In this document: positions 50,251-63,275 of the stretch, piece after piece
How positions within the stretch are numbered: position 1 is the first letter of the stretch
How the letters are laid out: each line of letters begins with the position of its first letter
Source of the DNA: Raja brachyura
Lineage: Eukaryota
DNA: 64,000 nt
Direction: 5' to 3'
NCBI GenBank assembly: GCA_963514005.1
Contig: OY740791.1
Location: forward strand, 51,026,001 to 51,090,000
The notes under the pieces: model-generated
The model's database searches: none
What the model saw: only the letters and a program-made list of their open reading frames with translations
What the model was told of the DNA's origin: nothing
Program-made: the position numbers and the translations under genes

Positions 50251-53200
50251 ATTCCCTCCTTGAGAGGAATATGGGACAAACATAGACCTGTAGGACTAGT
50301 GTAGATGGAACATAAACACAAAATACTGGAATAACTCAGCGAGACAGGCAGCATCTCTGGAGAGATGGAATGGGTGACATTTCGGGTCGAGACCCTTCTT
50401 CTGACTGATGCCAGGGGAGTGGGCGGGACAGAGATAGAATGTAATCGGAGACAGTAAGACTGGTGGGAGAACTAGGAAGGGGGAGGGGATGGAGACAGAG
50501 AGAAAACAAGGGCTATTTGAAGTTAGAGAAGTCAATGTCCATACCGCTGGGGTGTAAGCTACCCAAGCAAAATATAAGATGCTATTCCTCCAATTTGTGC
50601 TGGGCCTCACTCTGACAATAGAGGAGGCTCTGGGCCTAGATGGAACATGTTGACCAGTGAGGGTAAGTTGGGCTGAAGGGCCTGTTTCCACACTGTGTGG
50701 CCCTATGACTCTATGACTTTATGACACATTGTGTCTATCTTTGTATAAAATAGCATCTGTAATTCTTTGTTTCTACAGAAGGAAGGTTGATCAGGATGTA
50801 TGGCAAACAGCAAATACCAGGCTATTGGAACCAAAAACTATTGAAACCATAAAGTGCACATCTAAATGAGTGCCATGAATTAAGATTTTAGTTCACTCTG
50901 TATTCCTATAACATGAGATAGTGTTTTTCCCTTCTCCTGATTAATGAAATAATTGAACATTATAGTACAGAACGAGGCCATTTGTCCAACATGTTCATAC
51001 ATGCTAATAAAAAGCTGTAGTCAAGAACTTTTAACTCTTTTCTGATCTGTCGATCTGTTTCCATACATCTCTACTCCCTAGTTACTGAGCCCGTTGCCAA
51101 ATAAAGCAAATATTATCCAGGTGCCTCACAATTTTAGACACCTCAATCAAACATCTTGCCTTCCAGTTCTAGGGAGAATCAGTTCAGCACAAGCAATTTT
51201 TCTTCATAACTGGAGCTGTCCTTCCCCACAAATATCATTGTAAATCTCCTCTGCAACCTCTTTTATGGTTTCACTTCCTTCCTGTAATTTGCTGATTGGA
51301 AACGTACACAGTATTCCAGCTGTGGTCCAACTCATATTTTATACATGCCCTGCATAACTTCCTCTCGTGTTTTCTTATGTAACCCCTTGTGAATTTCCAT
51401 TACTTTCTGTTTTTTTTTCATTTCCGATTTTCCACACATCTCTTCCTATTTCTGATATATATTGAATTTGTTTTTCCAAATCTACAATTTGGGTTTCCTC
51501 ATTAATCTGTATTTTTCAATAGACTACCAGAGGTCTTTGCACAAGTCAATGCTGGTATTCATGAGGGATATGGGAGAGGGTATCAGAAGGATCAGATGCT
51601 ATGTTGTAATACTCTGGAGGTTGCTTTGAAGGCCATTATTTCGTGCTTATACTGTACATTTTAATTTTCACGATGGACCTGTCATTGCCAGTCAGCAGAC
51701 CTTCCTGTTACATCCTGCAGAATTCTCCTGAGTCTGATCATTAGCAAAATGTTTCTGCCATCTTCATGACAGCAAGAAGCAGGTTTAATTGCACAAAGTG
51801 TGAAGCTCTCTTAATTTCCCAGTGATTTAATTTTGGAAACTTTAATTGTGTCAAGTTTCTTTGTGTCCTTAATTTTCACATTCTTCTGGCTCTCACTTGT
51901 TTAAGCCTTAACAAGAAAAGCATCTGATGTGGAAACTTCCTGAATGCATGGAAAAAGGCTATGTTCCAACCAGCAATCACCCCGTATACTAGCACTATCC
52001 TACACACTCTCCTAGGAGCCTAGGAGAAAGTTTGTGAAATGAAAATTAATGTCTAATTGTGAACATCTGTAGGTATAAGTATACACCAAGAGGTCTTTTA
52101 AACTTGGCGTTATTAGGTAAAGAAAATAACTAGCACATCAACTTCTTCACTTCTCAAGAAAACATATAGCAATTAATGATTAAAAGGACTTTAGACTTTA
52201 GCAATACAGCGAAACAGGCCCTTCGGCCCACCGAGTCCACGCCAACCAGCGATCCCCGTACACTAACATTATCCTACATACTGGGGTCAGTTTACAATGT
52301 TACCAAAGCCAATTAACCTATAAACCTGTAGATCTTTGGAGTGTGGGAGGAAACCAGAATTCCCAGGGAGAGCGTACAAACTCCATACAGACAGCAACAA
52401 CAGTCAGGATCAAACCCGAGTCGTTGCCACTGTCAGGCAGCAGCTCTGCCTCTGCGCTACTGTGCCACCTTTGAAAAAAGAACATGCTTTTCTGTCTGAA
52501 GAACGGTCCAAGCCCGAAACATCACCCATCCATATTCTCCAGAGATGCTGCCTCACAACCTTTTTCCTTTCTAGGTAATAAATAAAAAATAATACAGTTA
52601 TCCCTGAAGATGGAAACAACATCAGTTGTGTAATTCAATATAAATCAGTGCATTTTGTAAACTCACAAATCCCTAAATGTTAAAATTAGGGGTGTCTTTT
52701 CCTGGTCACTTATCGTTAACAATAAAGAACACAAATAAAACTCACGTTTTTAGCCATTGATGCATTCTCCTGTTGGGGGCAGTTTTAGAAATCTTGCAAT
52801 GTTTAATTTAATTTAATTTAGCTTAACTTAGAGATTCAGCATGGAAACAGGCCCTTCGGCCCACTACTTTACAGTCCAATTAACCTACAAAGCTACATGT
52901 TTTTGGATGTGGGAAAAAACCAGATCACCTGGAGAACATGAAAACTACACACAGACATCACCCATTATTCAGGGTCAAACGTGGGTCACTGGCGCTGTGA
53001 GGCATCAGCTCTATCGGCTTCGACACTGCCGCCCGAAGAGTTTCAGTGTATTCTGGGAAAAGGGCAATTTAATTAACTGGGACATTTCCTAGTTGTCCTG
53101 TTGAAAGTAACAGCCTGTTAACAAAGCCAATTTGTACTTGTCAACTGAAACTGAGCCTTCCGTGAACGAGCAGATCTTGAGTGAGGCCGAGGTTGATGTT

Positions 53201-56200
53201 TGACTTTTGCCCTTTGATTTTTGCCTTAGCTAATGAGATGAACACAGTGATAATACCAAGTTACATATCATTTGTGCAATGGAGCTCTGGTGACTGAAAG
53301 AGTTTGTGCAGACACCTGGATAATGGCCCTAATGGATGAGGTTTTACTTGTGCTTTCTCAGTATGTGGACATCATTGACATTATTGGCATTTATATTTTA
53401 GAGATACAGCATGGAAACAGGCTATGCGTCAACCAACGATCATCCCGAATACTAGCACTATCCTACACAATTTACAATGTTACCAAAGCCAATTAACCTC
53501 CAAACCTGTACGTCTTTGCAGTGTGGGTGGGAACCGGTGCACCCAGAGAAAAAAACATGCTGTCACAGGGAGAACGTACAAAGTACATACAGACACCACC
53601 CATAGTCATGATTGAACCCAGGTCTCTGGACCTATAAGGCAGCAACTGTAGTGCCAAGCCACTGTGCCACCATTATCACCTATACTTAATCATATAATGC
53701 CGAGATGGGAGCCAAGTGCACCAAACACAAAGGTAATTACTCAAAGGTAATTAAAAGTAAATAATTATGTTCTATCAAGACTATTCTGTAATTTTGATCA
53801 GCAAGCAAATAGTGATCCAATAGTGTACCACAGATATTTTTTGTTAATAGTTTGATTGAATGACGCAGCATGGAAACAGCCCTTCAGCCCACTGAGTCCA
53901 TGATGGCCATCGATCACATGTTTGCACTAGTTCCATTCTATCCCACTTTCACATCCACTCTCTACACAATAGGACCAATTAACCTACAAACCTGCATGCC
54001 TTAAGGATGTGGTGAGAAACTGGTGCCTGCCCGGAGGGAATCCACACAGTCACAGGGAGAACGTGAAAAATCCACACAGACAGCATCCAAGATCATATTC
54101 AAACCCAGGTTGTTGGTGCTGTGAGGAAGCAGCCCACTGGCTATGCCACTGTGCTGGCATACAATTTAGCAAAAATGTATTTGTTTTCCTTAACAAAACT
54201 TTAGTTGAACATGGTGCAGTAATTAGCACTCCTGCATCACAGCACTAATGATTGACAGGTCCTCTGGTTTCCACCCTCATCCCAAAGGCACGTTGGTTTG
54301 TAGGTGAATTGGCCTCTGTAAGTTACTCCTCAGTGGAGGTACATGTAAAAGAATTACACGGAATTGGTGAGTATGTGAGAGAACAAGTTGGAAAGCCACA
54401 CGCAAAACATGAAGAGAGGAATAGGAACTGCAGAGATTTCTCAGCTAAGAGCTGGCATGGACTAAATGCACTGAATGTCCTCCCCTTGGGTAATAGTGAA
54501 TGAATAATTATCATGTTATGAGCACCTTTATTAACTTTGAATCTATAATACTGGCAATCGATTCATGCATTAATGAAAGGATGGCTTCTCTAAAGCCTGC
54601 AGACTGGATTTTTACACCTGCGATTCCTGAAAAATGTACATTGTCAATATTCATTCTATTAAATGAACCTTAGTGGATGCTACCTAATAGGGGTAAGTCA
54701 TAAACTCATTCACATTGATCCTACGCTTCCTACTAATAGCATGTGAGATTAGAAATGCCCAATAGAAATGATTAGGAATCAGAACTGCAATGAACTCTGA
54801 GACCAAGGTGTATGGAATGAATGAGGTTTGTCTGGGAATTGCTTCATGCACAATGTTTTACATCCTTTCCCATCTCGACTGCAATAAAAATACTTGATCT
54901 ATTCATCAATAAAATTTACAGGAATCTGAAAATTGAATTCGGCATAGTTTGTGACTGCTTTGACCTATTTAGGAAGTGTTGAGTTTAGGAATCTCTCAAC
55001 GGTTCCAGGGTTTATAAATCTGTCCATGGTTATCCAAAGTACAGACATTGATGTCTACAGAATTTGGTCTAATTGACGCCACATTTGTCAATACTAATCC
55101 AATGAAAAACATACACTAGTGCAATTCAATATCTGCTTTCCTCTAAAAGCCTGCAGAAAATAGTTTATCTCCTTTTCCCAGTAAACCATTAATGTATTAT
55201 CCCAATAGTTTATTGCCAGACATGGTAATTTAGTTTAGAATGCCTGTTTATTGAAAGGTCCAATGTACAATGTATTTTAAAGTTTTTTCGGTACCAACGT
55301 AAATATAGCTAATTCTAATTAAGCAATAACATCCTGCAATACAAAATATATATTTGCATTTACATTTAGCAGCATTATCTCCATGAATTACTTAATCATG
55401 CAGAAACTACAGCGATAACATGCCTTGAACAATATACTTTTGATAAATCTAATCAAAACGCTGCTATTTCAGTCAGAAAGATAGACATGTTTTATTCTAT
55501 CATTGTATTAACATAATTTATTCCAGGTACATGCGTACTCCTGGGCAAGACTAGTATGTGAAATGTACAGGCAACTAATGTTGTAGTTAATGGATGAGCA
55601 TCAATAGGTGTGGACTAATGATCTTAAAATTTGAGCTCAGATCACTTTTAATATACTGTATATTCAGGAAGAAATCCTGTATCAACCATGGCAATCATAA
55701 ATCAAATGTGTAAGTGCCAAAACTATCAGGTTCACTAATAGGATCACTTAAAGGGAAGGAAGTCTAAAATCCTCGCAGAAACATGGAACTGCAGATGCTG
55801 GTTATGACACAAAAGGACACAAAGTGCTTGAGTAAGTCAGCATGTCAGGCAACATCTCTGGAGAACAATGCCCTGGTGTAGCCGTGGAGCCTTATAGAGA
55901 TACAGCATGGAAACAGGACCTTTAGACCACCGAATCTGCACCAACCACTAGCTGCCCATTTAGGGTCTACAACAAAAGGACATAGGGTTAAAGTGAGAGG
56001 GGAAGAATGTAAAGGAGATTTATGGGGCACATTTTTCATATAACGGCAGGAGGTAGAGACATATTCAATGGCAATGTTTAAAAAAAAAACATTTGGATGG
56101 ATACATAGGAAAGGTTTTGAGAAATACAAGCCTAACATACATTTAGTTTAGAGATACAGCGCGGAAACAGGCCCTTCGGCCCTCCAAGACCATGCCTAGC

Positions 56201-56245
56201 AATATCCTACACTGGTGGATTTACAATTTTTACTGAAGCCAATTA

Positions 56246-56895
56246 ACATAGAAACATAGAAAATAGGTGCAGGAGTAGGCCATTCGGCCCTTCGAGCCTG
56301 CACCGCCATTCAATGTGATCATGGCTGATCATCCAACTCAGTATCCCGTACCTGCCTTCTCTCCATACCCCCTGATCCCTTTAGCCACAAGTGCCACATC
56401 TAACGCCCTCTTAAATATAGCCAATGAACTGGCCTCAACTACCTTCTGTGGCAGAGAATTCCAGAGACTCACCACTCTCTGTGTAAAGAATGTCTTCCTC
56501 ATTTCGGTCCTAAAGGAATTCCCCCTTATCCTTAGACTGTGACCCCTTGTTCTGGACTCCCCCAACATCGGGAACAATCTTCCAGCATCTAGCTTGTCCA
56601 ACCCCTTAAGAATTTTGTAGGTTTCTATAAGATCCCCCCTCAATCTTCTAAATTCCATCGAGTACAAACCGAGTCTATCCAATCTTTCCTCATATGAAAG
56701 TCCTGACATCCCAGGAATCAGTCTGGTGAATCTTCTCTGTACCCCCTCTATGGCAAGGATGTCTTTCCTCAGATTTGGAGACCAAAACTGTACGCAGTAC
56801 TCCAGGTGTGGCCTCACCAAAACCCTGTACAACTGCAGTAGAACCTCCCTGCTCCTATACTCAAATCCTTTCGCTATGAATGCTAACATACCATC
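56246..56895 (-). mobile_element. Young 5'-truncated CR1 LINE, same subfamily as 18209-19040
   Basis: Open frame nearly identical to 18302-19036; tttctatg tail. Confidence 0.95.
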
Positions 56896-57854
56896 GTTGG
56901 TTAATCGGTGAGCCAAAGGGGCTGTTTCTGCACTGTATCTTAAACTAAACTAAACTAAAAAGTGCAATGACATTACCATCACCAACCGATCTCATGGAGG
57001 ATAACATTGACCAAGAAAAGTGGCAATTCCATTCTTTTGGCAAATGGATGAGAAAAGGAAAGTGAATCTCCTGTCGGCAATTGGTCAAACCTATCAGTGA
57101 CTTTACACACACACACACAGGCAACTCTTAAGTGGAATATGAGAAGTCCTAGCCGATCAAAGATAACATTAAAAGTCACTGTCCTTGACTGCTAAGCCCA
57201 CATTATGTGAATGAATTTAAACAAAAAATTAAAATTCTTCCCCTGTGGTGCAGAAATCCTATTATAACAAGTAGCCTCATTTCAGAAAGAAAGTTCTTAG
57301 TCATTGATTCTGCCAGCAATCTTGTTCATGCACCATCTACGTTGATGTGCATGTGGACCACATTTCTGAAGGATAACACATGAAGAGGCTGCCTCCCTTA
57401 GAAGTGTCTGTTCGATGAAACCTTCTTCATCCCCGACTGAGTTTGATAATGTGGATGCACAAAACTTCAGCTCCCGCTTCTGATAAAATTACCTGTCTCT
57501 TTCAGCTTTGTACTGAAAGGCTTGTGCTAACCTCAAAGGATTAATTGGTTTAGATGGAACTCTGACTGAGCTTATTGCATTATTAAAAATGACTTGCTGA
57601 CTCGAAGAGAAAGAGCCTGCAGGTTGCACAAAGGAGTGTGTAACAAAATATCTCACCAAGGCAAAGGCTGGTGGAGTGCCCGTTCTTATTTCTCGCCAAG
57701 GGGACCTGATGAATAATCCATGTGGAGCAACGGACAAAACAAAACAAAATGTATTGACGTTCCCATACGTGATCTGGCTTTCTAGGAGCTGATGTGCTTT
57801 ACACCTCCTGGTCCGTTCTTTGAGAGAGCTGTTAATCCGAGAAAGATGTTTTTT

Positions 57855-58670
57855 CATAACCATAATCATAATCATACTTTATTAACCAAGTATGTTTTGC
57901 AACATACGAGGAACTTGATTTGCCACACAAAATATTCATAACAATAAAAAGCAATAAAGCACACAAGATACATTTTAACATAACCATTCGCCACAGCGAC
58001 TCCTGCACATTCCTCACTGTGATGGAAGGCTAAAACAAATTTAAATCTCTTCCCTTCTTTGTCCTCCCGCGGTCGGGGGCCTCGAGCCTTCCGTTGATGG
58101 GGCGATCTTGCATCCCGCAGCCGGTGGTTGGGCCCTCCTCGTCGAGGCGATCAAGCTCCCACATCGGGGGGAATTTTAGCTCCCCGCACCGGGTAATCGG
58201 ACCCCGGGTCAGGGCTGGTCGAACTTCATGCGACTTTGCAGCTTCCCAACATCAGTCTATACCCGAGACTGCAAGCTCTTCGATGTTGAAATCGACAGGT
58301 CGTGTTGGAGCATCGATCTCAGGCAAGGGATCGCAGGCTCCGATGGTAAGTCCATAGCCCCGCGGTGGGGCACAAAATGAGTCTCGAGCAAGGCTGCCAG
58401 CTCCATAGCGTTAGGCCGCAGAGCGACCAGAAATACAATCCGGAAAACAATCGCATCTCCGGCAAGGTAAGGGCCTGAAAAACGTTTTCCCCAACCCCCC
58501 CGACACCCCCGCCCTCCCCAACCCCCCACCTCCACCCCCCCCACCTCCCACATGTAACAAACCAGAGAACATTAACACATACTTTTTTAAATGCACTCAA
58601 AATAACAAAAAAGACGAAAAGACAGACAGACCATTGGCGAGGCTGCCATCGCCGATGGCCCCACCCGGTC
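57855..58670 (-). mobile_element. GC-rich non-autonomous retroelement
   Basis: Head atcggcgatggcagcctcgcc, T/G tracts, GC core, 3' hairpin, AATAAA, (tatgat)n tail. Confidence 0.75.
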
Positions 58671-59116
58671 TTTATTCACAGCATATCACATTAACTCCAA
58701 TGGAGAATGCTCCATAAAAAAGAGTGTGCATTATGTTAAGGCAATTATTAGAGCTTCTTAGGAGATCTTGCTACTGATTTGTAGTTCATTTTGTGAGCCA
58801 TGCTTTAGCCCATTAACTCAGAGATCCCTCGAAGGCAGATGATAACTAGTGTTGGAATGATCTGACCCCCATAGGCAAAAGATCCATGACATCTGCAGTT
58901 AAATAACACATCTGGTTGCTTCTCTGCTTCCAATCCTTGTTAATTGGGAATGGAGAACAAAAATGATTGGGCTCCTCTGTGGTAAGTCTTCTCTGCACAG
59001 AGCAAGTGCCATTTTATCAGCAGTTTAGTTTTGTTTAGAGATACAGCACAGAAACAGGCCCTTTGGCCCAGCTACACATTTGTAACAAATTACAACCAAA
59101 GCCAATTAACTTACAA

Positions 59117-60093
59117 GTAGTGGCGGCGCTGCCTGGCAGCTGCGGCTCGCCTGGAGTCCATCTGTTTTTTTCTTTTCTTTTTTTTTTCTTGTGTCTGTTT
59201 TAGTTAAATTTTAGTTTATTCGGTAGTGTATGTGTGGGGGCGGGGGGGGGAGGGTGGGAGGAACAAAGTTTTAGTCTCTCCGTTCGGGGGGATGTGACTT
59301 TTCTTGTCGCGTCCCTGCCACCGTCTCCGTCTGTGCTGAGGCCTAATGGTGGAGCTGACGGCCTCGGAGCTGTGGCGGCATTCCAGCAGCGGAGGCAGAC
59401 CTGTCTTCAGAGCTGTGGTGTTCCAGGGTTTCCAGCGGCGTTCCCGCTGTGGTGTTCCAGCGGCGACTCTGCTTCAGAGCTGTGGCGGCATTCCAGCGTT
59501 CCAGCGGCGGTGGCGGCGGACGCGGCTTCAGAGCTGTGGGTGTGGCGTTCCAGCAGCAGGCCTGGCTTCACAGCTGTGGAGGTGTTCCAGCGTTCCGGCA
59601 GCAGACCCGGCTTCACAGCTGTGGAGGTGTTCCAGCGTTCCGGCAGCAGAACCGGCTTCAGAGCTGTGGTGTTCCAGCGTTCCGGCAGCAGACCCGGCTT
59701 CAGAGCTGTGGTGTTCCAGCGTTCCGGCAGCAGACCCGGCTTCAGAGCTGTGGTGTTCCAGCGTTCCAGCGGCGGAACCGGCTTCAGAGCTGTGGCACGG
59801 TTCCAGCGTTCCGGCGACGGCGGTGGCGGCAGCCCGGCTTCGGAGGCTCGGCCGCTGGCCTAGTGGATGACAACATCGGAGGCCTGGATCGCCTCAGTGT
59901 AGAGGAAGAACAAGGAGGGAAGAAGACAAAGACTTTAAGATTTTTGCCTTCCATCACTGTGAGGAGGTACCTGGTGAATATGTGTTTATTGTGTGTTTTG
60001 TTTTTTATTATATGTATGACTGCAAGGCAACAAAATTTCATTCAGACCTTTTGGTCGGAATGACAATAAAGGATACTTTGACTTTGACTTTTT
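59117..60093 (+). mobile_element. GC-rich non-autonomous retroelement with 42/45-bp minisatellite, inserted in a SINE
   Basis: Head and tail homologous to 16388-17575; (tttgac)n tail; host SINE resumes at 60094. Confidence 0.8.
59365..59845. repeat. 42/45-bp minisatellite
   Basis: Unit cagacccggcttcagagctgtggtgttccagcgttccggcag. Confidence 0.9.
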
Positions 60094-60358
60094 GACAAAC
60101 CTGTACATCGTTGGAATGTGCGGGGTAACCGGAGCACGTGGGAAAACCCATGCGGTAACGGGGAGAGTGTACAAGCACCCATAGTTAGGACCAAACCTGA
60201 GTCTCTGGCGCTATAAGGCAGCAGCTCAACTGCTGCGCCACCATGCCACACCGTGCCCTCAGTTGATTTTTCTTTGTAAATGAATCGTGAGAGAAAAATT
60301 ATTCAAACAATTAAAAGTGGCCAATTGGCCCAGCAAACCTGTTAGCTACACAAACTAA

Positions 60359-60679
60359 AACCCCTGTCCCACGGTACGAGTTCATTCCAAGAGTTCTCCT
60401 GAGTTTGCCCTGATTCGAACTCGGAGATTTACGGTAATGGCCACTCGTCGGTACTCGGGGCTCTCGTGGACATTTTTCATCATGTTGAAAAATCTTCACG
60501 AGTCTTCCCGAGCTTATCTGCCCTTAGCGAGTCTTCCCGAGTACCTGCCGTTAGCGCTGAGAGACGTCCCCGAGCTCTGACGTGCCAGCTACGTTCATTC
60601 TCCGTGCTTACCACAACTTTGATTTTTTTTTAAACTAGGGAGAGCTCTTGGAATGAACTCGCACCGTGGGACAGGGCTA
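60359..60679. mobile_element. PIF/Harbinger-like MITE
   Basis: ccctgtcccacggtacgagttcattccaagag inverted at the other end; TAA on both sides; interior related to 28010-28318. Confidence 0.85.
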
Positions 60680-61394
60680 TAAGGAAGTCTTGTATTCACA
60701 ACAATTGTGTTTTTTGAAACCTGAGGATGTTCCAATGCTCTTTACAACTGAAGTGTGTCACCAGACATAGAGCAAAAATACAAGTTAAAATGACAGCGAC
60801 TAAAAATTGACTAAGATTGGGATAGCACAGTGGTGCAGCAATAAAGTTCTGTGTTTCAGTGCCAGAGCAAAAATGATTGAGCTGCGCTGTGGTGAGTCTT
60901 TCCACACAATGCAAGTGTCATTTTATCAGCAGATTTGTTTAGTTTAGAGTTACAGAACATAAACAGATTCAATCCTGACTACTGGTGCTCTCTGTAAGGC
61001 GTTTGGATCAATAAGATGATTAATAAGGCTTAAAGAATGCTTTTCTATGTTAGATAAGGCAGGAAATAGGAATGTTTACAATGGAATCTGAATAAGGGTC
61101 CCGATCCAAAACATCACCTATCCATGTTCTCCAGAGATGCCATTAGAATGGTTGAGTTATCCCAGTTGAGTGCAGACAAGAGCACTTTGTATCTTTATCT
61201 GGACTGTGTTAACCTGAAGAAGATATTTTCAAACTCACAGAACTATCCCCAAATGTTTTGAAGTATAAAGGCAAAGAACCGCAGATGTTTGCTTATAGCA
61301 AAGATAGACATAAAGTGCTGGAGTAACACAGCAGGTCAGGCAGCATCTCTGGGGAAAATGGATCGGTGACGATTCGGGCTGGGACCCTTCCCCA

Positions 61395-61790
61395 CTGTCG
61401 AAGGGATCTACAGCAGGCACTGCCTAAAAATGTAGCCAGCATCACCAAAGACCCACACCACTCTGGCCACGCTCTCATTTCAATCATACCATCTATAAGA
61501 AGGTAAAGAAGCCTGAAAACCATGACCACCAGATTCACGAGTAGCTTCTACACAACAACCATCAGACACTTGAACACGACTAAAGATTAACTAAACTACG
61601 AACATTTGGTTGCAATATGGACTTTGGACTCTTTTGCACTAGTTTATTGAGTTTTGTTTTGTTTCTTGTGTGGTATCCATGAGTATTGTGTTTCCAGCCC
61701 TGTTTTACTGCTACGAGTAAGAATTTCATTGGATTTCGTTGTCAGTACATTTAACAATTGTCAAACCTTCTTGACTTCTTGACTCTTTAA
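61395..61790 (+). mobile_element. Rex/Babar LINE 3' fragment
   Basis: ASITKDPHHSGHALISIIPS..R.RSLKTMTTRF; (cttga)n tail; an upstream RT piece occurs at 62400-62640 (VNPRKATDPGGVPG). Confidence 0.7.
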
Positions 61791-63275
61791 CTTCAGAGGC
61801 AAAAGTGAGGCCACAAAGTAAGATTCATATATAATTTAAGCAAAACAATACATTTTATTTTAAACACAAGGTCGATAATACAAACTGCTTTGTTGCATCA
61901 CTATCAGATGTAAATCAATCACAATCATTGAGGCTTGAAACAAAATGTTAATGTGAAGAGGAGGGAAAGAAAGGAAATAAAATTAAAGTATAATCTGATT
62001 AATTATTGATGTATTCAGAGGCTATTTCTGGAATTATGGTGAAATAATATGTGGAGCCCAGAGCAATTTGCGGTGTGTGTGCCATTAAAACAAGTTAAAT
62101 AGAACAGAGTAACTAATTTCATATCACGAGCTTGGTGCCTTAAGGGTAGTAACTATAACTGGTACTTTCTATGGCGTTCCTTCTCACTCACTGGAATAGC
62201 ATTAGAATGGTGAATAGGAGGAATTTCTGCAGCCAGAGTGTGGTGAATTTGCGGAATTTGTTGCCACAGGTGGAGTTGAAGGGCAAGTCATCAGGTATTT
62301 TTGAAACGGAGATTGATAGATCCCAGTATAATCACTCGGGCACATGGAGAATGTGGCAAGGTCTGAATAAGATAACTGGCTGCTAAGCAAGGTCAGGCAA
62401 CATAATTGGTGTTAGTGCGACCCTACCCGATGAACTCTATGCTTTGAGCAGAAGGCCAACAGGGTGGTGACACCTGGCCCTTCAAACTCCAATGTGCCTC
62501 TTCCCAGCGTGACTGCAGCAGAGGTTAGATTGGCCTTCCTTTGGGTAAACCCACGAAAAGCAACTGATCCAGGTGGAGTTCCTGGCCCTGTCCTTAGTAG
62601 CTACGTGAAACAACTGCCGGGAGTATTCACGGATATCCCTCCCTACTTGTCACTCTGTACCAGATCACAACATAAACCTGTCCTCCACATTTAATTTCCC
62701 TGCATCCTATTCTCCCCACAATCCACCATCTGCCTCGAAATTCTTCAAACTTACCTGTGCACCAGAAGTAATTTACAATGGCCAATTAACCGACCAAGCT
62801 GCAAGTCTTTGACAATGTGGATAAAACAAGAACTCCTGGAGGAATCAAGGAGAATCAGTATATTCCAGAGGCAGGGCAGCACAGCGGTGCAGCAGCGGTG
62901 CCAGGGACCCGGCTTCCAGGATTTTTGTCATTGCATCTTTGGTCTTTGTCCAACGATCTGCTAAGCATAACCTGCATCCACCTATGACTTCCAGTCTTTA
63001 TCATGCCCCCAACGTCTCTTCAAGTTTTCTTCCTGCTTTCTCCCACCTCCCCCCCCCCCACCACAATCAGTCCGAAGATGGGTCCCAACCCAAAGCGTCA
63101 CCTATTCATGTTCTCCATGGAGTGACTCCAGCACTTTGTGTCTTTTCTTGTAAACAAACACCTGCAATTCCTTGTGTCTCCATTGAATGAACCTGTATAG
63201 TTCCCCCACTTCCAACACAACCACAACTGATTCCAGCCCAACATGTGCCTCATTCAATTGAATTTCATTTTCATT

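Noticed and set aside
57489-57875. 128-aa minus-strand ORF ending at a donor-like site
   Set aside because: Starts in a retroelement tail repeat; no recognisable homology
59234-60063. Repetitive ORFs with a 14-aa period and a CRISPR-like look
   Set aside because: Tandem repeat without unique spacers, inside a retroelement in eukaryotic DNA
62140-62165. agtaactataac resembling the LSU rRNA / I-CeuI site
   Set aside because: Match is only about 12 nt with no flanking rRNA similarity
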